Notes under the pieces: model-generated
Seen by the model: the letters and a program-made list of their open reading frames with translations, nothing else
What the model was told of the DNA's origin: nothing
Database searches by the model: none
Position numbers and translations under genes: made by a program
Assembly: GCF_009914755.1 (NCBI RefSeq)
Contig: NC_060925.1
DNA from: the human T2T-CHM13v2.0 reference genome, Homo sapiens
Length of the DNA stretch: 64,000 bases
Strand: one strand, 5' to 3'
In this document: positions 13,750 through 25,673 of the stretch, in pieces
How positions within the stretch are numbered: the first letter of the stretch is position 1
Layout of the letters: each line of letters starts with the position of its first letter

Positions 13750-16700
13750 TGAATCTACTCAAATATAAAACATAAACTGCACGTTTCTAAGTGTATAAAT
13801 TTGTTGCGTTTTAATGTGCATACACTCATGGAATCATCACAGTCAAAATGCTGAACATATCACCCCAAAACATTTCATTAAACTATTTTGTAATTCCTCA
13901 CCCTCATCCCACACTCTGACCTTCCTTTAAACAACCACAATCTGTTTTCTGTCAAAATAGATTAATTTAAATTTTCTAAACTTTTAAATAATTGGTGTTA
14001 TACACTGACCTTTTTGGATTGTGCCTGGCTTCTTTCATTCAGCATATTTATTTTAAGATTCATCTATTTCATTTCATATGTAAACAAAAATGTCTTTCTA
14101 TTGCTAAATAGTATCCCATTGTATAGATAAGCTGAAACTTGATTATTCGTATACTAGCTGGTGGACATTGAGTTGTTTGCAGTTATTAGATACTATAATT
14201 AAAACTGCTATGAACATTTGTGTCCAACAGTTGTTTGTATGAACATATGCTTTCCATTCTCTTGGGTAATTACCTAAGACTGAAATGGCCAGATCATATG
14301 GCAGGTATATGGCTTAACGTTAAAGAGACTACCGAACTGTTTTCCAAGGTGAAGTAATTATACCATTTTACAATGTTTCCAGCAGTCTATGAGAATATCA
14401 GTTCCTTCATTACCTCATCAGTGACTTGAATGGTAATGTTTTTAATTGACTACTGGATTGATTCTACTATGTATATCGTGGGAGCTCATTGTGGTTTGAA
14501 TTTGCATTTCTCTAATGTCTAATGAGGATCTTTGTGTTTATTTGCCTCTTGTATATCTTCTGTGATGTGTCTGTTTAAATCTTTTGTCCGTTTTCCCCCA
14601 CATTGGGTTTTTTTTTTTAATTGTTGAGTATTTAGAGTTCTCTTAACAAGCTTCTGCTTGTTTTTTTAATTTATTGTGTCTTTTGAAGAGCAGAATGTTT
14701 CCATTTTTATGAACTCTAATTTATAAATTTGTTCCTTTAAAGATTGTATTTTGATGTCATATCTAAGTAAACTTGCCTGTTCCAAAAATGAATATTTCCA
14801 CTATATTATCTTCTAGAAATCTTAGAGTGTTTGTGTTATATTTAGACATAAAATTCATCTTCAACTAATTTTTGTATTTGGTGCAAAGTATGGATCAGAA
14901 TTTCTATCTTTTTTTCTGTTGCATATTGATATCCAGTTGTTCTAGCACCAACCATCTGTTGAAAAATTGTACTTTATTTTATGAATTATCTTAGAAACTA
15001 CATAAAATAATCAGTTCTCTGTTTGTGTCTCTTGATCAATTTGTCTATCAGAATGCAAACACTAAATATTGTTTTTGTTATTTTTCTTGAGTTGTTTTGT
15101 TTTTTCTTGGCTCTTTGTCTATTCTAGGTTCTTTGCAGTTCCTCATAAATTTTAGAATCAGTTTGTCAGTTTATTTCTTAAAATTTGCTGAGTTTTGGGT
15201 TGGTACTGCATTGAGTCAAAGACTAATAAAGGAAAATTTGACATTTTACTAATATTGAATTTTCCAAACCATGAATAAGGTATATCTCTCTTTTTAGTTA
15301 ATACCTTTATACTTAATACTTTACTTAATACCTAAAGTTTAATATCTTTAGGTATTCTCAGCAATATTTTATAGTGGTCAATGTATTAATTTCACAAATT
15401 TTTTTATATTTTAATGAATCTTATTTTTTGATGCTATGTAATTGATACTTTATCAGTTTCAATAGTTAGTTGCTAGCATATAGAAATAAAATTAATTATT
15501 ATGTGTTGGTCTTGTATCCTCAAGCCTTGCTAAACAAACACATTAATTTTATTAATATTTTAAATTTCATTTTACTTTGGTAGATACGATTATGTCATCT
15601 GCAAATAAAGAGTGTTTTACTGCTTTCCTATGCAGATATCTTTTATTTGTTTTATTTTTATTTTTATTTTTTGGCACTGGCCGTCACCTCAAGTATAGTG
15701 AAGAACAGAAATGGTAAGACCAGTCCTGATCTTAGTGGTGAAACATGCCGTCTTTTACCATTGTGTGTAGTATAAGCTGTTGGTTTGTTGCAAAAGTTCT
15801 TTATCTAAATTCAGGGCATTATGGTCTATTTCTGGTTTGCTGAGAGGTTTTATTAGGAATGGATGTTTGAACTGCATCAAAGGCTTTTTTTCTTAATATG
15901 ATATATAATATCAATTGATCTTTTAATGTTAGACTAAACTTGCAGTCTTGAAATAAATATTACTTAGTAATTATATTATCCTTTTAATATATTTTGCATT
16001 ATATGTGCTACATTCTATCAAGCATTAAAGCACAGTTCTGAACTCCAATTTTCTTTTCTTCTAATGCCTTTGTCTGTGTTTGTTATCAGGGTTATGACGT
16101 TCTCACAGAATAAATTGAAGATTATTTGCTCCTCTTTAATTTTCTGCAAGAATCTTTATAGAATTGCTATTATTCTTTAAAAGTTTGATTGAATTCACCA
16201 GTATATCCTATGGGTTTTAAGTTATATTTGTGGGAAGCTTTTAACTAGATTTAATTTCTATAGTATATATAGCAATACACATGTGATCTATTTCTTTTTG
16301 AATGATCTTTGGTACTTTGTGTTTTTTAGGGTATTTGTCTATTCCATCTAAGTTGAAGTTACTGACAAAACATTCATAATGTTTCCTTATATCCTTTATT
16401 ATGTCTGTGGAATTTCAATCTGTATTGGTCTCAACTCTTATTCTTGATATTAATAGTTCATTTTTCCCTCTGATTAGTCTGACTAGATAATTATCAAGTA
16501 TTCTGATTTTCTCAAAGAACCATATTTTTAAAATTTATTTTTCACTTTTTTTGTCTATGTCATTGATTTCTGCTTTAACATTATTATTATTTATTATTTA
16601 CTTTGGGAATAAATTGCTTTTTTTCTAGTGTCTTAGGGTGAAAGCTACTATTTTTGATTTTGAGATGTGTGTTCTTTCCTAATATAGACATTTTATTCTG

Positions 16701-17545
16701 TAAAATTTTCTCTAAATACTACTTTGTAGGCAACTAACAAACGTACATATGCTATGTTTTTCATTGTTATTCAGCTTAAAATACTTCATAATTTCCTTTG
16801 TGTTTTTTTCTTTGCCATAAAAATTATTTAAAAGTATGGTATTTAGTTTCCAAATATCTAGATATCTTTCAGATAGCATTTTAATATTACTTCTAATTTA
16901 AATCCATTGTGGTGAGAGAGCATACTTTTCATGACTTTAATCTGTATAAATTTTTTGAGATTTATTTCAGTTCCCAAATGGAATACCTTGGCAAAAGTTC
17001 TCTGATACTTGAAAAGAATGAATATTCTGCTGTTGTTGGTGTGGCGTTCTATAAATGTCAGTTAGATTCAGTTGGTTGATAATGTGGTACAAATATTCCC
17101 CAATTTGAAAATATTGTGTCTGTTTTTTCTATTTAATATTGAACCTCTAACTCTAGTTATGGATTAGTCTATTTCTCCTTGCTGTTCTACAACTTTTTGC
17201 TTCATGTATTTTAAACTCTATTATTAGTGCAAAAAATATTTGAGATTTTATATCCTCTTGATGAGTTGACCTCTTTATAATTATAAAATGCCCTTTTCTA
17301 ATTTCCATTAATTATCTTGGTTTTGCAATATACAATATCTGATATTAATATAGCAACTCCAGTTTTAGCATGGTATATCTTTTTCTGTCCTTTTACTTTT
17401 AACATCTTTATGTTTGCACATTTAATATGGGCTTCAATTAGACAGCATCATAGAGATGGCTGTTGAATTTTTATTCAGTCTGACAGTCTCCACCTTTTAA
17501 TTGGGATGTTTAGACCATTTACATTTAATGTGATTATTGACACAT
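13750..17545 (-). mobile_element. Old L1M (MC/MD/ME-type) long fragment, 3'UTR through much of ORF2
   Basis: Collinear antisense L1 motifs (gtggacattgagttgtttgcag; tatgtcatctgcaaataaaga; tttagaccatttacatttaatgtgattattga). Confidence 0.8.
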
Positions 17546-18024
17546 CTAGGCACAGCTCCTCAGGGTCCTTTCTTTGTTGAACAGGATGTGCTTTATATTT
17601 GGATTATGAATAATTGACTGTGTGAGAGAAAGTTGGGTTTTAGAAAAAACCCAGGCAAAAACTTCCAGCAATTTTTTTAATAACCCTATACTCTTTAATT
17701 CTATCTAATAGTCAAGCCAGGCTACGTGATAAGATATACCAGGTAAAAGTCATCAGTTCATACATTTCTTCAAAAATGTAGCCAAATAGTCCTGAATGCC
17801 TCCAAGGAGTTTCAAACTTTAAACAGCATATTATAAGTCACCAACTAGTCAATATCAGACTTAAAAGTATCCCAACAGACAAACATAGAGCTCCCAGGTC
17901 TTTTCTATTTCAGACACTAGGAGCAAAACATATATGCTTTCAAAATAAAGTAATATGTTAGTTGCAGCTAATTTGTAGCTACCTTTTTTCATTCATAGGA
18001 TTTTTATTTGAGACTTTATAGAAA

Positions 18025-18026
<2 letters not shown>

Positions 18027-18056
<30 letters not shown>
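18027..18056. repeat. (TA)n microsatellite
   Basis: ~15 AT units. Confidence 0.97.
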
Positions 18057-18059
<3 letters not shown>

Positions 18060-18801
18060 ATGAGAGCATATATCTATAGCTATCTACTATACATAGATTT
18101 TGCCAACTATGGTTGGTGAAAACAACAACTCTTCTGAGTGCTGAAAGACATATAGTGAATGTTTTGCTTCAGCAGTCTGGAAAACTTGAACTCTTTCTTC
18201 ATAACCAGCGAACACTTCTGGGTTTCACCTGAGGTTCCTCTTTTTATGCTGTACCTGGAAACTCTCTTCAGGCATTAATTAGGGAAAATCATAGTCACTT
18301 CATTATTTAATTTATTCCATGAATCACTGTACTGTGCTCTCTGTTCAAAGTCTGAAGTCTGTTTTTTTTTTTTTTTTAAATATTTGTTCTTTAGTTTTAT
18401 TGTTGTGTATGGTGGGAAGGTAAAATATATGCCAATTGCTCCATCTTTGCCAGAGTGAAAATCCACATTCCAGTCTTCTTATGCTTACTGTTTACATGGT
18501 ATATCTTTTTTACCTCATCATTCAATTGTATCCTGTTTGTTTTCTTATATTTAATAAGTATCTCTAGTAATCAGTATATAATTGTGTCTCATATATTTTG
18601 ACAATCCTTGTCTTTCAATTAGGGTGTTTATATCATTAGTAATTTAATTACTGATAAGTTTGGATTGTCATCCATAATTTACTATTTTATCTATTTGTAC
18701 CATTTTCCTGCATTTCTCTGTTTCTCCTTCCCTTTCTTATTTTAGTTGATGTAAATATTTTTAGAGTTCCAAGCAACTTAACATTTGGCCTTTAGCTATA
18801 C

Positions 18802-18967
18802 CATTTTACCTTTTTATTTTATATTGATTGCTCTTTCATTCTTATTTTGTTCACCAATCTAGTAATTTGTATGCAAATTTTTACATTTTACCTTTTTATT
18901 TTATATTGATTGCTCTTTCATTCTTATTTTGTTCACCAATCTAGTAGTTTGTATGCAAATTTTTACA
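18802..18967. repeat. 82-bp direct tandem duplication (2 copies, 1 mismatch)
   Basis: Copies start at 18802 and 18884; they differ only at agta(a/g)ttt. Confidence 0.95.
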
Positions 18968-19114
18968 GCTTTCTTCTCAAATACACAAGCATTATTGTAA
19001 AGACGCAAGAATTGTAAAAACTCAGGGAAATACAACACCACCAAAAGACACCAACAAAGCTTCAGCAATGGACCAAGAAAGATTGAAGACCTATAAAATA
19101 TCTGACAGATAATT
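18968..19114 (+). mobile_element. Isolated L1 5'UTR/ORF1-start fragment, paralogous to 21606-21753
   Basis: Manual alignment gives roughly 85% identity to the neighbouring L1MA. Confidence 0.85.
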
Positions 19115-19154
19115 ATTTTAAAAAGTACAACAATTGTCTTTTTTTCCAACTTAA

Positions 19155-19750
19155 CAGGTTTTTAAAAAATGTTTAAGTTCAGGGGTACAAATGTAGGTTT
19201 GTTACACAGGTAAACTTGCGCCATGGGGGTTTGTTGTAGAGATTATTTCATTGCCCCAGGTATTAAGCCTAGTACCCATTAGTTGTTTTTCCTGATTCTC
19301 TCCCTCCTCCACCCTCCAAAAGGCCCCAGTGTGTGCTGTTCCCCTCTATGTGTCTATGTCTTCTCATCATTTAGCTCCCACTTATAGGTCAGCACATGCA
19401 GAATTTGGTTGTATATTCCCATGTTAGTTTGCTAGGGATACTGGCCTCTAGCTGCACTCATGACCCTGCAAAGGACATGATCTTATTCTTTTTTATGGCT
19501 GCATGGTATCCCATAGTGTATATGTATCACATTTTCTTTATCCAGTCTATCACTAATGGGCATTTAGGATGATTCCATGTCTTTGCTATTGTATATAGTG
19601 CTGCAATGAACATATGCATGCATGTGTCTTTATAATACAATGATCTATATTCCTTTGGGCATATACCCAGTAATGGGATTGTTGGGTCAAATGGTATTTC
19701 TGTATTTAGGTCACTGAGGAATTACCACACTGTCTTCCACAATGGCTGAT
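19155..19750 (-). mobile_element. L1PA (older, PA13-16-like) 3' end
   Basis: ttcaggggtaca..gtaggtttgttac..tattaagcctagtacccatt..cacactgtcttccacaatggctga. Confidence 0.9.
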
Positions 19751-22700
19751 CATTAATTAATGTTTTATTAAAGTTGAAGAGATTTAATAAGTAGTATAAT
19801 GTTTGGCCTTGAATAATTAAATTAGTAGATAGTATTTAACATTGCATTGACTAATTTAATGATTCAAATTTTCTTTTTAAATCCTTCAAGTACTAAACAG
19901 ATCTAACATATGATCCTTACAAGAATATATTACCTAAACATTTATGCAAGCCTTTTAAATAAACTAAACAGCACACTAAAGTCTAAATATTCTAATATTA
20001 TTTACAAAATTATTCACATTTTCTTACCTTCTTTAATATCAAATAAGAAAACCATTTTCCTATTTTACAGGAATTACAAGTCTAATATCTCAGTGGACTA
20101 ATGTGCCAGATGTGTTTAATTTTGCCTCATTATGCACAAATACACACATATTATCCTGACTCTTACATGGAAATAATTATATTATAAATTTTATATACCT
20201 TTCTACAATTATATTTACATTTTTATCTTCCCAAGGTTGTAATGTTACTAACCCAACTATAAAGTTAGTTTTATCATTTAATTGGAAGGAAGATGGAGTT
20301 AAAGATCTGCACTGGTATATAAAAGTTTATGGGAACATATATGCCAGGACACAGAATGTGGAGGTCACATGTTTTCAAGATAACACATAATGAGAGATGG
20401 ACATAGTAAGTCTTTTATTTTCTTTGATTTCATGTAAATGGGTAAACGCTAACTCATTTTTTATCAACTGGGGTAAGTTTCACAATGTTTCCTGATGGCC
20501 ATTTAAAGTTGCAAAGTTTTATTGGATTCAACTGATTTCTTTATGTTTTATTGAAATTTAACAGCACCATATTTTATGTATTATTTTAAATAGCATTCCA
20601 TTTTAATTTCAGTTTTATTCTATATTCTCATAGCTGCATGACTTGAGTAATTAATTACTGCCAATCTAATTTTCTTTATATGCAAAAGAAATATGGCCAC
20701 ATAGAAGTTCAGAAGACTGCTTTGAACGTTAAGTAATGTAGAACATGTAGACTGTTCAGTCCAGTGGCTGACAGTTATTAAAATTTTACTAGAGATGTTA
20801 GCAAGATGGTGGAATTGAAGATCCTCCAGCATCACTCCCTTTACAAGAATACAACTAGAAACAATTCAGAGACAAGAATACCAGTCTGAATATACCAGAA
20901 TTCCAGGGGGCCCGTGGCCCACAGAATTAAAAGAAGCCATGGCCAGTAAGGGAAATGTTCATTTCAGACTGCGTGATCCCTTCCCCAAGGTGGCATTATA
21001 CCACTTACAGAAAAGTTCCCAGGACCCACAGTTGCCAAAATGAGATGAGGGAAATAGTGGTTGACATTTGATTTCCGAAGTGGCTTGGGAATCTTCACTG
21101 GAAGCCCACTCTGGTTCTGTCCCATGGGAATCATTGGGAGTACCGGAAGAGCTGAAACATCTGGGATAAATTGAGAACAAAGAGAGGGGCACTGATCACA
21201 GCCAATGGTGTATGGATCTTGGTGGATACTCAGTGCTCTGAACCATGAGGACACCATGTTAAAGAGCCCTGCTGGTGCCACAGTGTCAGAGAGAGCACCA
21301 TCTGTGAAAAGGCTTGAATTCCTAGTTGGATTTTCCACAAAATTCAGGTGCTTATGTAGAGTCTTCACCTGGCCTCAAAACAACGACAAGGTTGGGATTA
21401 AGTTCTGTGGCCTGCTTAGGTCTTTCTCATAATGGGAAACAATGACAGGGAAATGTGTTAGTTCTATTTCAGTGTTTTAGTTACTGTGCTCATTGTAAGT
21501 CCACCCAAAAATGAGAAGAAACAACTGGGTCAGTGTTTAAATTTCAATACTAAGAAGTAAATGCCTAGCACTATCAATGGACACCTGCAAAACCTGGAAG
21601 AGGTGGCTTTCTTCTCAAATATACAATCATCATTGTAAAGACACAAAGATTGTGAAAACTCAGGGAAGTAATGACACCACCAAAAGACATCAACAAAGCT
21701 TCAGCAATAGACCAGGAATAATTGAAGATCTATAAAATGGCTTACACATAATTCAAAATAATCCTCCAAACAAAGGGTAAGGAATCATAAAAAAATATGA
21801 ATAGAAAACTAAATGAAAACAATCCAGGAAAAAAATAAGAAATTTTACAAAGAAATAAAAACAATTAAAAAAAAGAAATCCTAGAAATAAAGAATAAAAT
21901 AATTGAACTTTAAAGTTCATTAGAAAGCTTTAACAACAGACTTGACAGAAGAATTTATGAACTTGATGGCAGAACACATGAAATTACCCAATCACAAGAG
22001 CAAAAAAGGAAAACAAAACAAGTGAAGAAGGCATATTAGACTTATGGCACACAATCATAAAAACTAGCCTCTGTGTAATTGAAATCCCCCCAGAAGATGA
22101 GAAAAAAAAGGTTTAGAGAGCATATGTAAAGGAATAATGGCCGAGAATTTTCCAAATATGGAGAAATATGACAATATCCAGTTACAGGAAGCAGAGAGAT
22201 TATCCATTAAATTTAACCCCAAACAGAATTCCCTAAAGCATATTATAATAAACTGAGCAATAATCAAAGACGAATAATGCTCAAAGTAACAAGAGGAAAG
22301 GCACATATCACATTCAACACAGTCACAGTACAGCTTTCAGTGAATTTCTGAGTACAAACCATGCTGGCCGAGAGAGTGGCATGCTATATTCAAAGTGCTA
22401 AAGAAAAAAAGAGAAAACCTTCCATCTAAGAATATCGTACCCAGCATAGCAATCTTTCAGAAATGAAGGAGACATAAAGACTTTTCCACAACAAACAGAA
22501 GCTGAGAACATTCACCAATGCCAGACCAATCTTCAAAAATGTGTTAAAAGGAGTTATTTAATGTGAAATAAGGGACACTAATGTGTTACAGGAAAACATC
22601 TTAAGGTATGAAACTAACCGGTCAAATTTAGAAAAGAGAAAAATTCACAATAATCTAATACTATAATTGTGATAAGTAAACCATTTGCAACTTAAGTATG

Positions 22701-23268
22701 AAGAGTAAAAGCCAAAACTATAAAAATAATAACTACTACAATTGGTTAAGAGACAGGCAATATAGAAGATGTAAACTGGAATAGCAAAAAGCTGAAATAT
22801 GGGGGGATGCTGTTGAAGTGTAGAATTTGTTTTTGATAGTTTTCTATCCTTTGTGATCAAAGTCAAGTCATTATTAGTTTAAAATAACATGTTATATCTA
22901 TAAAATGTTTTTATAAGCCCCATGCTAAATCACAGCACAAAAACCTATAATAGAAACACTAAAACTAAACAGCATAGAATCAAAATACAATACTAGAGAA
23001 AATCACTTAATCACAAATGAAGGCTGTAAGAGAGAAAAAAGGGAAGAAAGGATGTACAAAACAATCCCTCAAAAGTAAAAAAAAAAAAAATGGCAGTAGT
23101 AAACCCTTCCCTTATAAAGTTTAATGTAACTGGATTTAATTTGCCCATTAAATGATATAATTAGCTAAATGAATTAAAAAAAAAAAAAGGCCAAACTATC
23201 ATATATGTGGTCTACAAGGAACTCACTTCACCTATAAATTAACCCATAAACTAACAGTGAAGGGATGG

Positions 23269-23647
23269 TGATATGGTTTGTCTATGTCCCCACACAGATC
23301 TCATCTTAAATTCCCATGCGTTGTGGGAGGGACCCAGTGGGAGGTAATTAAATCATGGGGGCAGGTCTTTCCTATGCTGTTCTCATGATTGTGAATAAGT
23401 CTCATGGTTTTAAGTGGTTTTAAAAAGGGGAGTTTCCCTGAACAAGCTGATGTTTTTAAAAAGGGGAGTTTCCCTGAACAAGCTCTCTTCTCTTGTCTGC
23501 CACCATGTGAGATGTGCCTTTCACCCTCCGCCATGTTTGTGAGGCCTCCCTAGCCACAGGGAACTGTTAGTCCATTAAACCTCTTTCTTTTGTAAATTGC
23601 CTATCTTGGGTATGTCTTTATTAGCAGCATGAAAATGGGCTAATACA
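23269..23647 (+). mobile_element. Solo THE1 (THE1C-like) MaLR LTR
   Basis: tgatatggtttg...ctaataca termini; perfect 5-bp TSD GATGG (23264-23268 / 23648-23652). Confidence 0.93.
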
Positions 23648-24408
23648 GATGGAAAAAAATATTGCATGCAAATGGAAATCGAAAAAGATAATTATACCAA
23701 ATAGCATATGCTTTGAGTCAAGAATATTAAAAAAATGAAGGAGACCACTGCATAATGATAAAGGTGTCAAAACAACAAGATTTGTAATTGTAATTGTTGT
23801 AATCACAATTACAATTGTAATATATATGCACTGAATACCAGAGCATTAGGATATATAAAACAAATATTAATAGAGCTAAAGTGAGACATTGACTGAAGTT
23901 CATTAATAGAAGGGGACTTCAGCACCCTATTTTTTGCAGTGGACATACCATCCTGACAGAAAATTAACAAAGAAACATTAAACTGCATTCTTGGCTAAAT
24001 GGACCTAACAGACATTTACAGAACATTTTATTCAACAGCTGCAGAATGCACATTTTTCTTAACAGCACATGAAACATTCTGTAGGATAGACCATATATTA
24101 GACCATAAACCAAGTCTTAACAAAGTTTAAAAATTTAAACTCATATCAAGCATGTTTTCTGAACACAAAAGAAAAAACTAGAAATCAGTAACAAAGGGAA
24201 TGTTGCAAACTGTACAAATTTATAGAAATTAGTCAACATGCTCCTCAACAACAAATGCGTCAGTGAAGAAATTAAACCGAAAATTTTAAAATTTTATGAG
24301 ACAAGTGAAAATAAAAACACCACATGTCAAAATCTATGAGATACGAGGAAAGCATTTCTAAGAGGAAAAATGTATAGCAATAAGCATTTGCATCAAGAAA
24401 GTAGAAAG

Positions 24409-24684
24409 AGCTGGGCATGGTGGCTCACACCTGTAATTCCAGCTGCTCAGCTGGTTGAGGTGGGAGGCCAGGCATTTGAGACAGCCTGAGCAATATAGTG
24501 AGACCTATCTCTCAAAAAACTTTTAAAATCCTTCAGGTGTGATGGCACAAGCCTATAGTCTCAACTACTTAGGAGGCTGAGATGGGTGAATCACTTAATC
24601 CCAGGAGTTCCAGGGTGGAATGAGCTATGATCATTCCACTGTAATCCAGCCTGAGTGAGAGAATGAGACTGTTTCTAATAAAAA
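24409..24684 (+). mobile_element. AluJ inside L1MA
   Basis: Diverged dimeric Alu; TSD aaagtagaaaga. Confidence 0.88.
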
Positions 24685-25348
24685 AGTAGAAAGACATCAA
24701 ATAAAGAATCTAATGATGCACCTCAAGGAACTAGATAAAAACAAAAACAAAATGCAAAATTAGTATTAAAAAAAGAAACAACAAAGGTCAGAGTAGAAAC
24801 AAATAAAATTTACACCTTAAAAAACACAAATAAGATAGATCAATAAAATGAAAAGTTTGTTTTTCAATAAGATAAGCAAAATTGACAATCCTTTAACTAG
24901 ACTAATAAAAAAAGAGAGAAGACCCAGTTAAATAAAATCAAAAATGAATGAGATACAATTTATATCACAGAATTATGAAACTTATTTAAGACTATTATAA
25001 GCAATTACATGCCAACAAATTGGAAAATCTCAAAGAAACGGATAAATTTCTGAACATGTACAACCTACCAAGACTAAACCATGAAGAAATAGAAAGCCTG
25101 AACACATCAATACAAGTAACAAGATTGAATCAGCAGTAAAAACTCTCCCATCAAAGAAAAGTCCAAGATCTGACAGCTTCACTGCTGACTTTTAGCAAAC
25201 ATGTAAAGAAGAAGTAATACCAATTTGACTCACACTATTCCAAAAAAATTGAGAAGGAGGGAATACTTCCAAAGTCACTTTGCAAGGCCAAAACTATTCT
25301 GATGCCAAAACTAGACAAGGACATAACAAAATAAAGAAAACTACCGAC

Positions 25349-25350
25349 AT

Positions 25351-25389
<39 letters not shown>

Positions 25390-25673
25390 GAGATAGATTT
25401 TCGCTCTGCCGCCCAGGCTGGAGTACAGTGGTGTGGCATGATCTTGGCTCACTACAACCTCCTCCTTCCAGGTTCACGTGATTCTCCTGCCTCAGCCTCC
25501 CGAGTAGCTGGGATTACAGGTGCATGCCACCACGCCCAGCTAATTTTTTAATTTTTAGTAGAGACAGGGTTTTGGCACGTTGGCCAGGCTGGTTTCGAAC
25601 TCCTGATCTCAGGTGATCCACCCGGCTTGGCTTCCCAAAGTGCTGGGATTAAGGTGAGCCAATGCGGCTGGCC
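25349..25673 (-). mobile_element. AluSx-like with (ATTT)n tail
   Basis: Full antisense Alu with ctcaggtgatcc; tetranucleotide tail at 25349-25388. Confidence 0.93.
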
